Positions 47,773 through 52,219 of a stretch of 52,219 nucleotides of DNA are shown piece after piece. Position 1 is the stretch's first letter; every line of letters begins with the position of its first letter. A program made the translations under genes and the position numbers. A model generated the notes under the pieces. It was given only the letters and a program-made list of their open reading frames with translations. It ran no database searches and had not been told where the DNA came from. The stretch comes from Phoronis australis (Eukaryota > Animalia > Phoronida): NCBI GenBank assembly GCA_002633005.1, contig NMRA01001125.1, positions 1 through 52,219 on the forward strand, given 5' to 3'.

Positions 47773-50208
47773 AAACTTTCCCTATTATATTTGACGTCAA
47801 AACGTTGACCCGGGTACAAAAACCGTGAGTCCGGCTTCCCAATTCCTATACGATGATGACGAAAAAATTGAATCAGCTAGGTCACAGTCAATTCTCGGAA
47901 AAATCTGATGTGACGCGATTATATTGTTAGATATGCGACTTTGGGAATTTTTCAGTTGTACAAGGATTAGAGATCATGATAAGCATCGATGCATCGCAGC
48001 GTTCAAAAAGGGGATAATAGTCACTTAAAGGGGTCCCGCAGTTGAGAATCAGTATGATGTCTCGATCGACCGACTGAGGAGAAAATTGGTTCTCCATATG
48101 CCCTGTAAACTATCATTATCAGTCCCAAAAATCTACCGATCTTTGTTCATTTAATTTGAATTTAGCAGTCTTATACGTCAAATCCGAGTCCACCAAAAAC
48201 GCCTTAAAGAATTTTCTTTTATATTGCCGCTTTAGAAAGCAAGACCTGACCCAGTTTAATTTATTGTCTATTGTTTATTATCATGTTGACCTCAGGAGGT
48301 TATGAGGAACTTTGATACCCGAGCACTGCGATTGTGCACTTAATCACGTATCTGCATATCTTAGTAAAGGCACAGGTTTTGTAAATAGTTTGTATAATTT
48401 AATGTCCCGAATGTACACGAATCTGTCATTGATCTTGTTTGGGTCACGTGATGAGTTCAAAACTACCATTTAGGAAAAAAGGTATACTCACAGCAAAACA
48501 ATTGTAACGATAATATGATATAATTTCCTTTTTTTGAGATCTCAAAAACGCAGTCATATTTTTTAATTTTAACTTTTGTAAATTGCAACCTTTTGATTAT
48601 TTAAAAAATTATGAAAGTCCTAATTTTCGATAGCTTTTTCTGATCAGTAAAATTCTAAACCATGTCCCACCAGCCATCGTTGAACACTGCATGAGTTATT
48701 ATATCTAATTCTCCACCCACCGTTTACAAAAATCGAAACTCGTAAAACAACGGATAGTTACTTTGGATGCCAGTGCCACATCGAATGTACTTATATTACT
48801 GATCGTTAAAACTTTATATACTGTCACCTCCGGTTGCAAGTCGTCCCCTCTGTTACGTTTTGTCCTGACTGACAACAGAAGAGTGTCTTATTCAAGTTGT
48901 TAACCATAGCCAAATAATGGTCAAAGCGTTGATAGTTTACAGAATATCATAGATTTATCCCCAGTTATTAATCATCCTTTTGTTGTGGAGGGGACGTTTG
49001 AACTTGGACATGGCTTATAATCCCTTGGATAAAATATTTTCAAAAAAACATGACAGGCAACAACTGCAACTAAAGCTGAACATAATACATTGCTTGTAAA
49101 TACATTTCAATTGCATCATTCGTGTCTTGTCCTTGATAGAGTACGCCGTCCGAAACGTGGGGAATTTTAGTACTGATACTCGTCGTTTTATTTTTACTAT
49201 TTTATATTCTTATCAGTCAGTAACTGCACGGCATTCAAGCATCTATTTTATATAGTTAATAATTTTTATTGTCCCCCCGCTATAAGTAGTTAAGTAACCC
49301 GTCTTTCATCGAAACCTAGACTTTGCTGCCCACGCGAGGCTCAGACCTGCCCGCGCACAAAATTCTTCACTCGTACACGCTATTCCCGCACCCGTTCCTT
49401 ACGGGTGTGCTACTCCTCTCACCGTGACGTAAATTTCCCCTCCCGTAAATCTTTGTTCGTACTCACCATTCCCTGTTTGACTTCTCCACTCACGGACATA
49501 CTCATCGACCGTATCTTTTCCTCGATCACTACATACAGTGAAGCTAGGTTAGGCAATAAATAAAATTTCGTTTAAAAATTATCGATACTTTGTCGATACT
49601 TCTGTATTGAACGCTAAGTGAGTTCAATAGCACTTTCAGTGTGTCGTTAACAAATAATTTTTTTTCAAATTTACATGCAGTAATTGCAAAATGGTTCTGT
49701 TGAAAAGGAATAATCGAAAATTGGTGGACATGTGTTTACATGAAAGGGCTTTCCATTGCTGGTTTGTGGGCGGGGAGAAGAGTTGGTCCGGCAAAGATAT
49801 ATCTGCAATACGCAAAAAGTGGTGTGGGAAGAAAAATATAAGTCTACGAGAGGAATAGCTTGCGCGAGACTCTCCGAGAGAAGTTTGGCGCGCAGGCAGG
49901 CACGTGCCGCACGGGAGCAGAAAAGTCTAAATACGTGCCTTAAATAACTAAGTTTTGATTTAGGTCACTTCCTCTATAAATCCCTTTTTATCGTATATGT
50001 TCGTATTTAGGCCCATCCGCCTAAATGCAGAGCTCTATCTATTCAGAATATAGCGTTTGAGAAACACTTTAGCAAAAATAACGAATTTATAAAATTGTAT
50101 TTCCTCAGTAGGTCTGTTTAGCTTCCAAAACGACAAGAAATGAATGAAACCTTTTGGGCTCATCATCAATTTCTAACCGTGATAGATAATTACTTCTGTT
50201 ATCACGAC

Positions 50209-50354
50209 CAGTGGTGTAGTGGTAAAATTAGAGGTAAGTAGGCGCTCAAACCTCATCGTATCACCTTGGGCACTGAACGTAACTTACGCTGCGTAGGCGC
50301 TACGTTCAAATGCCAAAAGGTGGTTGGCTGCGCCTACGTCCCACTACAGCACTG
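50209..50354. mobile_element. hAT-type MITE, 146 bp
   Basis: TIR CAGTGGTGTAGTGG / CCACTACAGCACTG (13/14). 8-bp flanks ATCACGAC / ATCACAAC (7/8). Confidence 0.75.
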
Positions 50355-50808
50355 ATCACAACTAACGTCAGAAGAAACCTTCAGTTTACTGAGGTTGGTC
50401 AACCACCCTAAAATTGCAAATTCGAGAAAGGCGCATGTGCGTATTGCCTGAGACTACGCGTGTGCGTTTTGCCTATGAGACTACGCATGTGCCTATTGCC
50501 TATGAGATTTGAGTTGTCGGCTCAGTCGTCATTAGATCAGCATCGGATTACTGTGGTAATGTTTCTTAACCCAAAATAGTTTCGGCTAAGAATTCGAGAT
50601 GAATAGCGGAGTAGTGCCGAAATACACCTAAAGCAGCATGCGAGTCAGATTTCACTTTTTAAGGGCCCCCGTCTAATCTTTTTATTCGGAAATATTTTTG
50701 ACATTTTCCACTCCATTTTCATAAAAACTCAAAATAATTATCTGTAATTCTGTGCTAAAGTATACTATGATTTATATGGATAATTGTATAATCCTATTTT
50801 GCTTACAG

Positions 50809-50961
50809 GCAACGTCAGCCCTGGAGTTCTGCGCCTTCTGCTGTCAGGGGGATGGTCTGGGGAGGGGAATAATGCATATCCCCAATGATCCTGTCCGCGA
50901 CAGGTATTACAGGGTGTCCTATTTTGCACTTGATGACCCCAGCATCGAAATCATCAGTTAG
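50809..50961 (+). CDS. Possible terminal coding exon of an unidentified gene
   Basis: Good acceptor TTTTGCTTACAG| followed by an open, higher-GC frame ATSALEFCAFCCQGDGLGRGIMHIPNDPVRDRYYRVSYFALDDPSIEIIS*. Product not recognised and upstream exons not located. Confidence 0.4.
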   Translation, partial: ATSALEFCAFCCQGDGLGRGIMHIPNDPVRDRYYRVSYFALDDPSIEIIS

Positions 50962-52219
50962 AGTCTGAACTCTAAATCTCAGGATGAGGGACAAGGTTCT
51001 CCATTCTTGTGTGGATTTAAGGCAGTGGGATATTTCCAGCATTTTTTAATATTTTTGTGACCCATCATACCATCGAATTGCCACTGTTGAGCAGAAAATA
51101 ACAAACGTGTAAAATGTCCGTGAATGAATGAAATTGTGTTTCGCTGGTGTCAACTGGGCCCGCCTTGCCAACCAGATAAGAAACTGGAACAAGTGAAAGC
51201 TACTTTTGTGTCTCCCAGCACTAAAGAGCTCTGTGGAGAATGCTTCTCATTGCAAGCAGAAAACAAATATTCACGGAGGTTCATAATGATACAAAATGTA
51301 TTTACAAAACATTATAATACAAATGTCATTAAATATGTATTTGCATGCTCCTAACTATGCTAATGAACAGCAGGAACTACACTACAATAATATTTTAACA
51401 TAATCTATGCTAAACAAAACACAGTTGTATTCAGTGACAAATTGTAAATGTGAAAACAAAAAATTCTGCAAACAGGTGACCTTTGCATTAAAGACGGTCA
51501 GATAGCTTGTATCATGCAGTGCTATTCCCCAGCACCATGTCACGATACTTACTGGACACAGTTCAGTGATTTACGGTGGATCACTTTTGCCACAAAACCC
51601 ATTCTTAGCAACACTTGACAATTTTCAACCTGCTTTGTATTTACATTGTGGCTATATGTCATGTTTCTTACTAATTTGGCCAAGCAATCATAGAGATGAT
51701 TAATTAGTCCATAAGTTCCACTTCAAGGTTACGTAAGACCCTTGAAAAAATGTCCAAATTTGGCTAACTTCGGAACACAGCTCAGAAGAGGGATAACCCC
51801 CATATGCAATGACATTCTATTCCTTTTTGTGTAGTATCTAACAATTTTTACATCTCAAACAAATGAAAGACCAATACATTTTACTAACACCTGTGTAGTA
51901 ATGCTTCATAATTCTTGAGAGAATGAAGCATACCAAGAAAAGTGACAATATCTAACATGTGTCAAAAGCAGATTCCAATACGCTTAACATCTAGAAAGTA
52001 GAGCCCAACACTACACTTTATGCATGTATAAGTCTAAGTTATATGCATCTGGTCGGAAATATATTTCATCTCATTATTATACTTTACACATCACACTTGT
52101 CACAACATGATCATCACGTAAATAAACATCTCTTATATTTTTGAATTTACACGATTTTCTTACCCTACAACACTTCATATTTAAATAGAACAGACACAAA
52201 GACAGTCCCATGTTCAATG

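Overview
This is eukaryotic genomic DNA, probably from an invertebrate animal (AT-rich, GT-AG introns), from a draft scaffold. It has four N-gaps (5266-5804, 19307-19783, 22875-23662, 39832-40358) and eight single-N joins, most flanked by duplicated sequence. Main content: (1) a 538-bp non-autonomous LTR element (TRIM, 551-1088) whose two 152-bp LTRs each carry a tRNA-like Pol III promoter, with a tRNA-Ser PBS, a PPT and a 4-bp TSD; (2) a complete three-coding-exon DR1/NC2-beta gene on the minus strand (11515-8686, 164 aa); (3) a ~31-kb DNA transposon (16801-47772) bounded by ~280-bp TIRs (TATGGGCGGCCG...CGGCCGCCCATA). The transposon carries two convergent spliced genes that each start just inside a TIR. 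One is an IS3-like/integrase-core transposase (+). The other is a ~750-aa G2E3-like HECT E3 ubiquitin ligase (-) with a UBZ4-spaced zinc finger, an array of tandem 66-nt exons, a strongly shortened HECT N-lobe and an intact catalytic Cys. A second, HECT-deleted partial copy of the element interior lies at 34783-39229. Several MITE-type elements, minisatellites and a possible terminal exon of an unidentified + strand gene (50809-50961) complete the window. All exon chains were deduced by hand from splice sites and phases, and family names come from recalled motifs rather than database searches.
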